This document shows, in pieces, positions 10,356-22,805 of a DNA stretch of 64,000 nt. The stretch is taken from positions 3,840,001 to 3,904,000 of the forward strand of contig OY762926.1 of the NCBI GenBank assembly GCA_963666735.1, written 5' to 3'. Position numbers and translations under genes: made by a program. This DNA is from Gemmatimonadota bacterium. Lineage in GTDB: Bacteria; Gemmatimonadota; Gemmatimonadetes; Palauibacterales; Palauibacteraceae. The notes under the pieces are model-generated. The model saw only the letters and a list, made by a program, of their open reading frames with translations, ran no database searches and was not told the origin of the DNA. The stretch's first letter is position 1; the number at the start of each line of letters is the position of its first letter.

Positions 10356-10712
10356 ATGTATCAGGAGCACCCTTTTTTGTGCGAATTCCGCACCGAACGA
10401 CAAACCCGAAGGAGAGAGACATGCGACGTAACCACCGCCGCGGCGTCATCCGTCTCGGTTAGGCGCGCGCGAACAACGGCTCCCCGCGGAGCCACGCAAA
10501 GCACACGGCGGGCCTGCTCCGATCACCCAGGGGCGGGCCCGCCGTGCGATGGGGCGTGCCGCCGCCGGCCGGGAGCGAATGCCTCCTCGAGGACGTCATC
10601 GTCAAGGGTAGCCAGCGGCGACGAACGGCTCTCTCTTATCGACGGCCTTTCTCGAATCATCTTCTCCCATATCACGTTGTCAGTGCGCCGTTTAGCGAGC
10701 TGTTACCGGCCA

Positions 10713-11745
10713 TGCAAAGTTGCACAGATATGGCCGCTGAAAGGTGCACATTTCCGAGGCCGGGCGAGAGGGCCGGTAGGGGGTTGGGCCCGGATTCGGG
10801 GAGTGTTTTCGGGTCGGCCCGGTATTCTTGCGTCTCCATTCAACGGAGGAGGCGCGGTGATCGGGAGAGAGAAGCGGGTGCTCTTGCGACATTATCTCGA
10901 GCAGGGGATGCCGAAGGCGGCGATCGCCCGGCACTTGAAGATCAGCAGACGGACCTTGTACAACTGGATCGAAGCGGGGGAGCTGGACCGAGGCGCGGAC
11001 AGCAAGGCGGTGAGGTACGGACCGAGGCCGCAGCGGGCGTCGAAGCCTGACCCCCATAAGGGGATCATCGACGCGCGCCTGGCCGACTATCCGAAGCTGA
11101 GCGCCGCGCGGCTGTTCAACGAGGTGCGGGCGGCGGGCTATCCGGGTGGCTACGGGCAGGTGAAGCGTTACGTCCGCACGGTGCGGCCACGGGAGCCTGT
11201 GGAGCCGGTCCGGAGATTCGAGACCCCTCCGGGCCACCAGGGCCAGGTGGACTTCGCGGACTTCCGGCTGCCGTGGGGCAAGCGGCATGCCCTGATCGTG
11301 GTGCTGGGCTACTCGCGGTGGATGTGGCTCAGGTTCTGCGAGCGCCAGACGATGCCGGTTGTGATGCGGGGGCTGGAGAAGTCGTTCGCCTACTTCGGCG
11401 GCGTGCCGTCGGAGCTGCTGTTCGACCAGATGAAGGCCGTCATCACCGACGACAAGCGGAACGAGGGCGGACGGCTGACCGAGAACCCGGAGTTCCTGCG
11501 CTTCAGCCGCCACTGGCGCTTCCGGATCCGTGCGTGCCGTCCCTACCGAGCCCAGACGAAGGGGAAGGTGGAGCGGCCGGTCAGCTACATCCGACGCAGC
11601 TTCTTCTACGGACGGGACTTCGTGTCGGACGACGCCCTGAACGCCCGGGTGCTGGGGTGGCTCGACAAGGTGGCCAACGTCCGCGTCCACGGCACGCTGA
11701 AGGAGCGGCCCGTGGACCGGTTCGAGGCGGAGAGGCCGCACCTAA
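10713..11745 (+). mobile_element. IS21-family element, left part only (interrupted by IS1380)
   Basis: Starts TGCAAAGTTGCACA with internal repeat AAAGGTGCACA typical of IS21 ends; istA follows; no istB or right end found in the window. Confidence 0.8.
10857..11745 (+). pseudogene. istA: IS21 transposase IstA, 3'-truncated
   Basis: HTH N-terminus, RRFETPPGHQGQVDF, LGYSR, FGGVPSELLFDQMK, CRPYRAQTKGKVER, ANVRVHGT; homology stops at ERPHL. Confidence 0.9.
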
Positions 11746-11758
11746 TCCGGATTTCTCA

Positions 11759-13409
<1,651 letters not shown>

Positions 13410-13491
13410 CAGGATGAAGTAGGCACCGGCCTCCAGTAGTCGCTAAATTGTTCTTGCCCAAGAACATGACGGCTACACAAAAGGAGGACCG

Positions 13492-14862
13492 GTGCCGACA
13501 CAGCGTAAGCCCATCTCGTTCGCCTTTCAAGGCTGTCGGGGCCGCAAGGTCACGGCCGCATTCAACGGCGGCGCGATCACCTCCCACGCCGGGGCGCTGC
13601 TGCTCAGGGAGAGCGGGCGGGCGATCGGCCTGTTCGACCGCGTCGCCGCCTGCTTCACCGACCACCGCGATCCGCGGCTCACGGAGCACTCCGTCTCCAC
13701 GCTGGTGGCCCAACGCATCGTGTCCCTCGCCCTCGGCTACGAGGATCTGAACGACCACGACCAGTTGCGACACGATCCCGTGCCGGGCCTTCTCGGCGAC
13801 AAGACCGGGGCCACCCGGAAGGACTGCGCCGCCCTGGTCGGCAAGAGCACGCTCAACCGGCTCGAACACGCGCCCCGAGGTGGAGAGCCGGGCCGGTACC
13901 ACAGGATCAGCCACGACCCGCGGGCGATGCAGGCCCTCCTCACCGAGTTGTTCATCGAGTCACGGACCGGCCCGCCCCCCGCACGCCTGGTCCTCGACAT
14001 CGACTGCACCGACGACGAGACGCACGGAAGGCAACAGGGCCGCTTCTTCCACGGCTACTACGGCCACTACTGCTTCCCGCCGCTGTACGTCTTCTGCGGA
14101 CACCACCCGCTCGCCGCCGTCCTCCGGCCCGGCAACACCGATCCGGCCCGCGGCACCGTCGAGGAACTCGACCGCATCGTCACCCAACTCAGAGACCGCT
14201 GGCCCAACGTCGAACTGCTCATCCGGGCCGACTCCGCATACGCCCGCGAGGAGATCATGGCCTTCTGCGAGGCGCGGAACATCCACTACGTCCTCGGCCT
14301 CGCCAGGAACGACCGCCTCGCCGGAAGGGTCGGCCCCGAACTCCTCGCCGCCAAAGTCGAGTCCGAGGGCCGCCGCCCGGTGCGCTTCTACTCCGAGTTC
14401 GCACACGCCACCCGAACCAGCTGGTCGCGCCGCCGCCGCGTCGTCGCCAAGTGCGAGCACATCCCCGGAGAGTCCAACCCCCGCTTCGTCGTCACCTCGC
14501 TCCCGGATACGATCGCTCCCCGGACCGTCTACGAGCGCATCTACCGCCCCGGGGGCAACGCCGAGAACGCCATCAAGGAGCAGCAGCTCGACCTGTTCGC
14601 CGGGCGCACCTCCGCCACCCCCATCGCCGCCAACCAGCTCAGGCTCCTCTTCTCGGCCCTCGCCTCGGTCCCCATGATCCGCCTCCGAGCCGCCCTCGCA
14701 CACACGCGCCTCGCTCGAGCCACCGCCCACTCCCTGCGACTGAAGCTCCTCAGGATCGGAGCCCGCGTCTCCGTCTCCATGCGACGCATCGCCGTCGCCA
14801 TGGACGCCCACCACCCCTTCACCGCCGAGTTCGCCCGCGTCCACGCCAGCTTCCCCACGTAG
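13492..14862 (+). CDS. IS1380-family DDE transposase
   Basis: AAFNGGAITSHAGALLL, GYEDLNDHDQLRHDP, LDIDCTDDETHGRQQ, IRADSAY, NAENAIKEQQLDLF. Confidence 0.93.
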   Translation: MPTQRKPISFAFQGCRGRKVTAAFNGGAITSHAGALLLRESGRAIGLFDRVAACFTDHRDPRLTEHSVSTLVAQRIVSLALGYEDLNDHDQLRHDPVPGLLGDKTGATRKDCAALVGKSTLNRLEHAPRGGEPGRYHRISHDPRAMQALLTELFIESRTGPPPARLVLDIDCTDDETHGRQQGRFFHGYYGHYCFPPLYVFCGHHPLAAVLRPGNTDPARGTVEELDRIVTQLRDRWPNVELLIRADSAYAREEIMAFCEARNIHYVLGLARNDRLAGRVGPELLAAKVESEGRRPVRFYSEFAHATRTSWSRRRRVVAKCEHIPGESNPRFVVTSLPDTIAPRTVYERIYRPGGNAENAIKEQQLDLFAGRTSATPIAANQLRLLFSALASVPMIRLRAALAHTRLARATAHSLRLKLLRIGARVSVSMRRIAVAMDAHHPFTAEFARVHASFPT

Positions 14863-15192
14863 CGCCCGCTGCGGCACGCAACTCCGCCCCAGAGCCCGCA
14901 CAGCCGCCCCCGGCCCGGGCACCGGTGTCTCCAGGCACCGAGCATCCGACTCCGGATCACTCCTCACCGGCCCGAAACAGCTCCCTCCGACGCTCTCGGA
15001 ACTATCCTCGAACCCCAAATGGAGACATTACCCGGCCAACCATGGACGAACGGGCTTCCGCCGTTCACTTCCGGGGGGCGTGTGAGAAATCCGGGCTAGA
15101 CGGGGAACAGTCCACTGGGGCCGAACGTGCCGTAGATGCATGAGGGTCGAACAGGACGAGGGGCCATCAGCTGGCTCGGGGCGGAATCCCCG

Positions 15193-16953
15193 TTACGACC
15201 CCGCTGGCGGATCGAACACAATCCCTAGCAGGGTCCCGGAGGCTTCGCCATCGGTTAGCCTGCACCGAATGTGCTCATCAAAGGCGAATCCTTCGTGGAA
15301 CTCATCGTAAGGGACCATGTCCGAGTTCAGAGCACAGATGTATTGGGTACCGGTACGCGCGGCAACCTCGCTAGCCCGCTCAAGTGCGGCTGCCCGTTGT
15401 CGCGAGTCGACGCCATCGTACATTTCGCTGTCGTGGACCAAGAAGTCGATGGACAGGTCGCGACGGGCGCAGAATTCGAGAATCGCCAGGTCAAAACAGA
15501 ATATCTTCATCTTGCCAATCCCGTCGCTCCCGCTCTTGCTGATCTCGATATTGAACTTGAATCCAGAGTCGGTGGTGTCGATCACCAAGTGGCCGGGAGC
15601 TCTGTACAGCGCCTGAGAGTTGAGATTGAATAGCCGGACGGGGATATCCCAGGTGTCGCGGCGCTCCTCGTGATCGCGGGCAGCTAGATCCGTAAGGTCG
15701 GCCTTGTCGCGTGCGATCCGACGCTCATCGGATTCCATCTGGCGCCGACGCTTTATCTGCCTCTTCACATGTTCCAGCTCTTCGCACCTTGCGCCATGGC
15801 GCTCACGCAGCCTGACCATTTCGTTCAGCGCTCCGTGTTCGGTTAGTATCTGCAAGAGGTCGGCGCGCTTCTCCGTCAACTCCCTGATCTTGGTGCGCGT
15901 ATCCGTCATGGCGCGTTCGAGGCGGGAGATCTCATTCTCCAAGAAGCGTCGACGATCCTTCACGACTAGGCCGTAGAATTCCCTTGCCTCTGCGAGCGAT
16001 CTCCGTACGGCGTTAGAGAAAACCACTCCCATTTCCTTGTACACCTGCTCGACTGACTCCCCCGAAGGAGGTTCTTCCGACTCGATGGCCTGCCTGTAGA
16101 GCCTGAGGCGTCGGGCCGTAAGGATGTTCGCGTTCGTGGCCACGTGCAGTTCCTCGGTGAGCCGATTGGCCTCTTGCTGGATCGAGTCGTATTGGGGATG
16201 AACTTTGAAGTCGGCCAGGGCTCGGGAGCTCTCTTCGATCTCTTGCAACAGGGTCACGCGTTCGGCTTCAAGCTCTCCGATGCTGCCACCGACAAAAGGC
16301 ACGGCACCACGGTTCACGAGCTTGTGGAGGTCCTTCAGATCTGTGTCCCTGTCCTTGATCTGTTGCCACTGCGCTGCATGGTTCCACTCCAGCCCGAGCA
16401 GCAACGCCACATGTAGCTGCACATCCCATGTCCTCTGGTTTCGGAAGTGGGAGAAGGGGTCGCCGAACGCGTGGTGGCCCCGGCGGACGAAGTAGGAAAT
16501 GAGGCTTCGGAACGACGGATTGTATTTCGGAGCCTCGGGTGTCGGCAGCGAGAACAAGGCGTTTCCGAGAAACACCCGCCACTGCTTCTGCGTGAATGAG
16601 CGCTCGCCCATGAAATCGACGTCCGGGAGGTCTGGCCATTCTCCTGCCAGTCCAGCAACCGTCACGATGTTGGGTGTTTCGAGCGCCCTGGTGACGGTGA
16701 TCCGGTTGTCGCCGAGTGACATCTCCATGGTGAACGCCCATTCTGCAAGCGCCGGGATTGCCAGCCCGCGGCCGCTCCGAACCATAGCGCCCAGGCAGAA
16801 GTGGATGATTTCTATCAGGGTGGACTTGCCCAGTCCGTTGCGCGTGTCCTTTCTGGACGAGCCCTCGGCGCGCTCGGCCAAGACCACATTCAGGCCGGGC
16901 GTGAGCCTGACTGGTCGGAACGAGGCCTTGTTGGCGGTGATCTCGTGGATCAT
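15193..16953 (-). CDS. lmuB: Lamassu/ABC-three-component SMC-like ABC ATPase (DUF2326-type)
   Basis: Walker A NGLGKST, long coiled coil, KSGSDG signature, Walker B FLVHDS...DGVDSRQ, QYICALN. Confidence 0.88.
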   Translation of the reverse strand: MIHEITANKASFRPVRLTPGLNVVLAERAEGSSRKDTRNGLGKSTLIEIIHFCLGAMVRSGRGLAIPALAEWAFTMEMSLGDNRITVTRALETPNIVTVAGLAGEWPDLPDVDFMGERSFTQKQWRVFLGNALFSLPTPEAPKYNPSFRSLISYFVRRGHHAFGDPFSHFRNQRTWDVQLHVALLLGLEWNHAAQWQQIKDRDTDLKDLHKLVNRGAVPFVGGSIGELEAERVTLLQEIEESSRALADFKVHPQYDSIQQEANRLTEELHVATNANILTARRLRLYRQAIESEEPPSGESVEQVYKEMGVVFSNAVRRSLAEAREFYGLVVKDRRRFLENEISRLERAMTDTRTKIRELTEKRADLLQILTEHGALNEMVRLRERHGARCEELEHVKRQIKRRRQMESDERRIARDKADLTDLAARDHEERRDTWDIPVRLFNLNSQALYRAPGHLVIDTTDSGFKFNIEISKSGSDGIGKMKIFCFDLAILEFCARRDLSIDFLVHDSEMYDGVDSRQRAAALERASEVAARTGTQYICALNSDMVPYDEFHEGFAFDEHIRCRLTDGEASGTLLGIVFDPPAGS

Positions 16954-17177
16954 CGTGTGCCCCTTACGACGAGCCCGCCTTCGAACCGCACTGCCCGCAG
17001 CGAGTAGAGCATTGTGAGGGCGAGGACGAACCGCTCGAATGTCCCTACCGCCTTGGCCTCACGTACGGCTTCCCACAGGCCCGTGACGGTGCGCGCCTGT
17101 GAAAGCTCGGAGAATATCACGGCCCCGGCTCCGAGCAGGGTTTGCTCTGCGGGTATGTGCTTGGTCGGGTGGATCAT
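16950..17177 (-). CDS. lmuC: Lamassu/ABC-three-component middle component
   Basis: 75 aa MIHPTKHIPAEQTLLGAG...TFERFVLALTMLYSL; 4-nt overlaps with both neighbours. Confidence 0.82.
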   Translation of the reverse strand: MIHPTKHIPAEQTLLGAGAVIFSELSQARTVTGLWEAVREAKAVGTFERFVLALTMLYSLRAVRFEGGLVVRGTR

Positions 17178-17947
17178 TGCTCGAAGACCTCGCAGGTCTC
17201 GAACAGATAGACCAACACGGTCTCAGCGGCGTACTGGGTCTTGAAGTCGAGGAATCCGCGCCTAGCGAACATGCACATCGAATTGAAGAGATCTTCGCCG
17301 GAAGACGTGCCGTCCTTGCGGAGCTTGTAGTAATGTTCTAGGAAGCCAGAGATTAGACGGTCTGGAAACGCGGAATCGTCTTGGCTCAAGGCCTGAACGA
17401 ACGAGCGTACTTGGCGAGTCGCCGTGAGACGGGTACTGATAAGGTTCTGGGAGGAAACCGACAGACCGTGCTTCCGAATCTTGTCCTCAATGGGTATTCG
17501 AGAGAAATCCTGACCCGGCGGGGGAGGCGGGACCTCGGTGACCCATTGCGTGGCTTCTTCAAGTTCGCGGAAGCTCACGGAGGCCATCGCCTCTTCCATG
17601 GCTGTCGCAACTGCGCTTTCGTGGTCCGCCTTGATCGCAAGAAGTCGTTGCACGGAGTACTCCCGCTCTCCGTGTGGATGCGCGTCGATCTCAGCATGAC
17701 AGTTCCGGCAGACGTACAGAAGGTTGGTTAGCGAGTTCTGTTGCTCTCTCGTCAGCGTCGGATCAAACCGAGCCGACGGGCGGCCCCGCGCCCCTCCCCC
17801 GTGTTGTCCGGCGATGTGTGCGGCTTCACCCACCAGGACGACATCGTCGCCCCGAAGCTTCGAGAGCAGCCGGTGGCATGAGGGCATTGCGCATCGGTTG
17901 CCGCTGAGTAGAGCCAAACGAATCCGCGTGGCGTTGGAGACGCTCAT
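17174..17947 (-). CDS. lmuA: Lamassu effector: HNH endonuclease fused to the ABC-3C C-terminal domain
   Basis: LSGNRCAMPSC...GEAAHIAG...NLLYVCRNCHAEID (HNH/Zn) and C-terminal KIRKHGLS...VLVYLFETCEVFE. Confidence 0.85.
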   Translation of the reverse strand: MSVSNATRIRLALLSGNRCAMPSCHRLLSKLRGDDVVLVGEAAHIAGQHGGGARGRPSARFDPTLTREQQNSLTNLLYVCRNCHAEIDAHPHGEREYSVQRLLAIKADHESAVATAMEEAMASVSFRELEEATQWVTEVPPPPPGQDFSRIPIEDKIRKHGLSVSSQNLISTRLTATRQVRSFVQALSQDDSAFPDRLISGFLEHYYKLRKDGTSSGEDLFNSMCMFARRGFLDFKTQYAAETVLVYLFETCEVFEQ

Positions 17948-18287
17948 CGGGCGTAGCATCGTTGCCGAAGACGCTCGGATTCTTGGATCCAGTCCAGGGC
18001 GATGGCGAGTTGGCTGGGACTCCGGCCGGGTCGGGAGCGGCCAGCCCCTTTTGCCCCATCCCCGCTGGGCGACAAGTCTCGGAAAGTGATGGATTTCGGC
18101 ATGGACGGGATCTAGTTGGGGGACGGGGTCGCTCATATCGTCCCCGCTCATCGCTGACTACCCTCCGGTTGGGTCATGGGTCGGGTGTAATCGTCCCTTC
18201 CGACACCCCGCCGGGTCTCGGTTGGGGCGAGCGGAAGATCTTCATCTTGGCAACATACACGCATCGTCCCCCGCGTTCCACAAGCAG

Positions 18288-19560
18288 TCTTGTCCAACGG
18301 GACATGAGCCTGAACGAGGGACGGGTTTCCACCGGGAGGTGAGCCTGAGGCGCGGGGCGATGAGATCATGGAGGCAGATCGTGACGCTTCGCACCGAACG
18401 GATTCGGACGCTCGATGAGGTTCGCGCCTTCCTCGAGGGCAGCGAGCCGGTGGATTTCACCCTCAGCGACCGGGATTCGGCCCACCTCCTCGTCCGGCGC
18501 TCGCTGGAGAGGCTCCGCCACCACCGCCTCGGCAAGCGAGACAGGGGCCTCGTCAAGGCCTATCTGGCCAAGGTGACCGGCCTCTCGAGAGCGCAGCTCA
18601 CCCGGCTCATCGCCCAGCACAAGAGGACCGGCCACATCCGCGACCGGCGCGGGAAGCCCCCGGCCAACGCCTTCCAGCGGCGCGACGACTTCCGCAAGCG
18701 GCGAGACTACCGCCTGGGAGCCCTCTCGCTCGACAAGACCCGCCCCGTCCAGGTCTCCATCGGCGTCCGCCGCAAGCCCGATCCCGACGGCCGCCCCGGC
18801 TTCGTCCGCGTCGACACCGTCCACCAGGGTGACCGGGACGGCGAGAAGGGCCTCTACGCGCTCAACGTCGTCGACCAGGTTACCCGGTTCGAGCACATCG
18901 GCGCCGTCTCCCGCTTGACAAACATGAGAGCGTCAACGGCTCGGAGTACGTCAACCACCACGTCGCCGGCATGCTCAACAAGCTGCACATCGGCCAGTTC
19001 ACCAAGTCCCGGCCGCGTCACTCCAACGACAACGCGCTCGTCGAGTCCAAGAACGGGGCCATCGTCCGCAAGTGGCTCGGACGCGCACACATCCCCGCCG
19101 AGTGCGCCCCCGCCGTCAACGACTTCCTCCGCGACCACCTCCGCCCCTTCCTCAACTTCCACCGGCCCCGCCTCTTCCCCTCCGAGGTCGAGGGGCCCCG
19201 CGGCCGCATCAAGAAGCGCTACCGCCAACAGGACGTCGCCACCCCCTACGAGAAGCTCAAGTCTCTCGACGACGCGGAGAGCTTCCTCCGCGAGGGCGTC
19301 ACCTTCGAGGCGCTCGACCGCGTCGCCTCGGCCACCTCCGGCCTCCAGGCCGCCGGGACCGTCCGCGAGGCGCGCCGCGACCTCTTCCGCTCTCTCGCCC
19401 CCGCCGTATCGGTCGCCTGAGTCCCCGTGTCCGCTCCCCCCGGCCCCCGTTGCGCGACTCTCCCTCCAGCGAGGATTATCCGGGAGAGAGCCCAACGCCA
19501 ACGGCCCCGCGGGCCCGGCTCACCACTCCGCGTTCAGGCTCATCTCCGCATTGGAAAACA
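18288..19560 (+). mobile_element. Degenerate IS with rve-type integrase/transposase (ISNCY/IS481-like), deleted and frameshifted
   Basis: VTLRTERIRTLDEVRAFL, RRKPDPDGRPGFVRVDTVHQGD, then a second frame FTKSRPRHSNDNALVESKNGAIVRK; imperfect IRs TCCAACGGGACATGAGCCTGAACG / CGTTCAGGCTCATCTCCGCATTGGAAAACA; left boundary approximate. Confidence 0.8.
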
Positions 19561-20296
19561 CTCAAGCCCACCCCCGCGTTCGGGCGCTCCCACCGTCGCG
19601 TGAAGTACGCAAGTCGGTCGCAGGGACATGGCAATCTTCCAGAGGACTTCGATCTCCCCGAAGCTCCTCGTAGCGACGCGCTCGCGCACGTAGTATGGGC
19701 GATGAGGAAAGTGTTGACCCCCGACGCCTCTAGTGATTCGACGCCTCAAAGCGGTGCCCACAGCGCCCGATGACGAGTGCGGCGGGTTCGGCTCCAGACC
19801 GGTGCCCGTGGCCATCGACAGGTGCACTGGCGGGATCAGTCGCCGCTCGGGCTTCGGGGGTACATGGATGGCCCGGCATCGCTGGCCACCATCCCACCGT
19901 TGGCCGCGCTTCGGGAGGCCCGTTTGAACGGGCTCCCCGGAGCGATTGCGGTGGTGCGCCGCCACTGTATTGGCGGCAGCCGACGACGCGTCTCGGACAC
20001 GTCGCCGACGGGCTTGTCGGACGCCACTAAGGTGGGTAAGCCTGCTTACCCTGGGTTTAACCCGGGGGCTGGCGAGGGGATGGCTCCCGCCCCCCCTTCG
20101 ACCCCCCCCGCTGTTCGCGCTCCCGAGAAGGTCGCGCATGGGGGCGCCGCCCCCTTTCCCCGTGTCGGTGCGGCGTGATGCCTGAGCGCCGGACCGCCCG
20201 TCGTCACCGCCCACATATCGGCGGCCCAGTCCGCCTCGCACTTCGGACATGTCCACCCGTGCCGCTGGTATCGCTACCGCTGCGGACGCGCAGCGG

Positions 20297-20839
20297 TCAC
20301 GGCGAGACTCCATGAGGCATCACCGGTCCGGGCCGTGCGAGGCGGTATCCGATGCCGTGCTCGTTGAAGATGTAGGCGGGGTCGGCCCCGTCGTCGCCGA
20401 GCTTCTTCATGGCGGTGCGCACGCGGCCGGTGTCGTCGGAGATGTGGTGCCCCCACACCTGCCGGAGGAGCGTCTCGGTGGTGACGACCCGTCCTCCGGC
20501 TGCCGACGGGACGCGCAGCAGGTCGAACTCGGTGGCGGTGAGCCAGACCTCGTGGCCGGCCACGCTCACCCGGCGCAGGCGGTAGTCGATGGCGAGTTCC
20601 CCGCACGCGAGCGTCTCGGGCCGGGCGTGGGCGCGCAGCGCCGCCTGGACGCGAGCCACGAGTTCGGTCGGCGAGAACGGCTTGACGATGTAGTCGACCG
20701 TACCGCTGCCGAGCGCCTTGGCGATGGTCTCGTCGCGGCCGTAGCCGGAGATGAAGACGACCGGCAGCTCGGACAGTTCCGGGACCCGCTTCATCAGCTC
20801 GATCCCGTCCGTGCCGGGGAGAATAAGGTCGAGCAGCAC
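20297..20839 (-). pseudogene. OmpR/KdpE-type response regulator, N-terminally truncated
   Basis: Begins at LLDLILPGTDG (mid receiver domain); DYIVKPFSPTELVAR, LTATEFDLL, IFNEHGIGYR. Confidence 0.8.
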
Positions 20840-20966
20840 GAGGAACGAGCGTCGTCCGGGAGCCGGACTCCGGTATGGGGTTACGCTTACGTATACGACT
20901 CCCGTAGGGTTACGCCTGTCGGGTTGAACGGCAGAGGGTTAGAAGACGGGATCGGGGAGGTGACCG

Positions 20967-21152
20967 ATGGCAGAGAAGCGGAAGAAACCGCGCAAGCAGA
21001 AGGAACCGGTGGACGCTGAGCGGCCCATCGACGAGGGCATGATGCCGCCCCACCTCCGCTACGGCGATGCGTCGCCGGAGGACGTGGCGTCCGTGCTCAT
21101 GCGCCTGCGCCGTCCCCGCCCTGAAGATCCGGAGGGCGAAGGGCCGGTCTAA
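20967..21152 (+). CDS. Small hypothetical protein (61 aa)
   Basis: GGAGG RBS before ATG; charged sequence MAEKRKKPRKQKEP...DASPEDVASVLMR. Confidence 0.5.
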   Translation: MAEKRKKPRKQKEPVDAERPIDEGMMPPHLRYGDASPEDVASVLMRLRRPRPEDPEGEGPV

Positions 21153-21298
21153 TCAACGCTATAATTCCCTAATGTTGATCCCTGCTAAAGGAGTGTCAAT
21201 AAAAACCGGGTGCGCTATATCGCGCTGAAACGTTTTCTGTTAGACTGCACGCTCGCAAGCGATACAGCCCTGGCAAGAGATTCACAGTAATGCGCAAG

Positions 21299-22720
21299 CT
21301 AGCAGGCCGTGGAAGAAGTGGTCGCCGACGCGGGCGACTGTGGAAGCGGAAAGTGGCGGATGATTCGGGTGCTGTTATGCAAAAGGCGGCCCGGGGGGCG
21401 GCGAAGGCCGCGATTCGCGCCCCGGAGGCCGAGAATGCGCCCGATTCGGCCGAAGATGGCGGCAAAACCGCGTGCGGAGGCGTCCGCGAGGGCCGCGGTC
21501 GATGCCGCGAGGCCCTGCAGGCCGCGCGGGGTGCCGAAGCCGAAGCGGCCGCGCATCGCCAAGGAGAGGTTGAAGGCGGCGGCGTGAACGAGCATCCGTT
21601 TTCGGATCTCCTCCTGCCCGCGGACGTGAACGCGGCGCATTCCTCCGCTGCCGAGCAGGTGCGCGAAAGTCCGTTCCAGCTTCTCCCCGCGCTGGCGCTG
21701 TAACCGCTTCCCCCGCTCGCCGCGGATCCGGCGGCGGTTGCCGTACACGGCCTTCTGCGCGTCCCGCTTGCCCTTCCACTTCCGGCGGCCCCGGTTCGGC
21801 TCGCTGACATAGCTCCGCAGTCCCCGCTCCCTCACGCCCGTCATGGTCGCGTTCGAGTGGTAGCCCTTGTCGGCCACCACCTCCCTCGCCTCCGCGCCCG
21901 CCTCCGCCAGCCGCCGCTCCGTCTCGTCCAGCGTCACCGGCAGCGACGCGCAGTCGCCGCCGTCCATCGTCTGCACCGTCACGGCGACCACCGCGCCGGT
22001 CTCCATGTCGACCGCCTGCTCGAGCTTGTGCGCCAGGCGCGTGCGGCCGTCCTTCATCTTCGCGATCCGCGCCTCCGGGTCGTGCGGATGCTTCCAGTCC
22101 TTGTTCGACCCCTTCCCCGGACGCTTGCGGTCCAGCTTCGCAAGGTCGGCCCGCGTCGGCGTCTCGATCCCCGACGCCTTCGCCAGCTGTTCGAGCCACG
22201 CGTCGTACTCCGTCTCGTCGTCACGCCGCACGATCGCGCGCAGCGCCGCGTTCGCCTCCAGCGTCGTCGAGTCCACCCCCACCGTCCCGCCCCGCAGCAG
22301 CCCCGACTCCCGCAGCACCTCCAGCACCCAGCCGAACACCGCCCCGTGCGCCTCCACGCTCAGACGCTTGCGCGTCTTCGACAGCGTGGAATGCTCCGGC
22401 GGCGTCTTCGCCAGACCGTAGCCCAGGAACTCCCGCAGCGAGATCGAGTCCCGGCAACGCCACGCGATCCCCCGCTCCGAGCCGATCCCCTCCAGGTATC
22501 CCACCATCAGCATCCGGAAGTACACCCCCGGCGGAAGGCCCGGCCGGCCCATCCGCGCCGCGTAGAACTCCCGGCACGCCTCCTCGGCGAACTCGTCGAA
22601 GCCGCTCCCGCGCAGAAGCCTGTCCAACGCCGCGTAGAACGGGTTGTCCAGCGCACGCACCGCGCTCGCCGCAATGAACAGCTCCTCCTGACGCTCCCCC
22701 GGCATCCTGCCCACCGCCAT
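21299..22720 (-). CDS. IS1182-like (DUF772 + DDE) transposase
   Basis: GRPGLPPGVYFRMLMVGYLEGIGSER, PEHSTLS, GVDSTTLEANA, VADKGYHS, ERTFAHL; the TAG stop lies in the CTAG target site. Confidence 0.9.
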   Translation of the reverse strand: MAVGRMPGERQEELFIAASAVRALDNPFYAALDRLLRGSGFDEFAEEACREFYAARMGRPGLPPGVYFRMLMVGYLEGIGSERGIAWRCRDSISLREFLGYGLAKTPPEHSTLSKTRKRLSVEAHGAVFGWVLEVLRESGLLRGGTVGVDSTTLEANAALRAIVRRDDETEYDAWLEQLAKASGIETPTRADLAKLDRKRPGKGSNKDWKHPHDPEARIAKMKDGRTRLAHKLEQAVDMETGAVVAVTVQTMDGGDCASLPVTLDETERRLAEAGAEAREVVADKGYHSNATMTGVRERGLRSYVSEPNRGRRKWKGKRDAQKAVYGNRRRIRGERGKRLQRQRGEKLERTFAHLLGSGGMRRVHVRGQEEIRKRMLVHAAAFNLSLAMRGRFGFGTPRGLQGLAASTAALADASARGFAAIFGRIGRILGLRGANRGLRRPPGRLLHNSTRIIRHFPLPQSPASATTSSTAC

Positions 22721-22805
22721 CGCCAACCTCCCGTTGCCTTCTTGTCCCGCCCACAATCTAACCATCAACACCGGCGCGCGACATCGCGACTTTTTCCACG
22801 GGCTG

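Noticed and set aside
19561..20296. Hairpin-rich intergenic stretch (e.g. GGGTAAGCCTGCTTACCC) as an ncRNA or origin
   Set aside because: No recognisable RNA family or repeat pattern by eye, and short hairpins are common in GC-rich DNA; an Rfam/Infernal scan would be needed
21238..21266. Fourth copy of the ECF promoter motif upstream of the split lipoprotein (TGTTAGACTGC...)
   Set aside because: Only TGTTAG matches; there is no GGCATCC element at the required spacing
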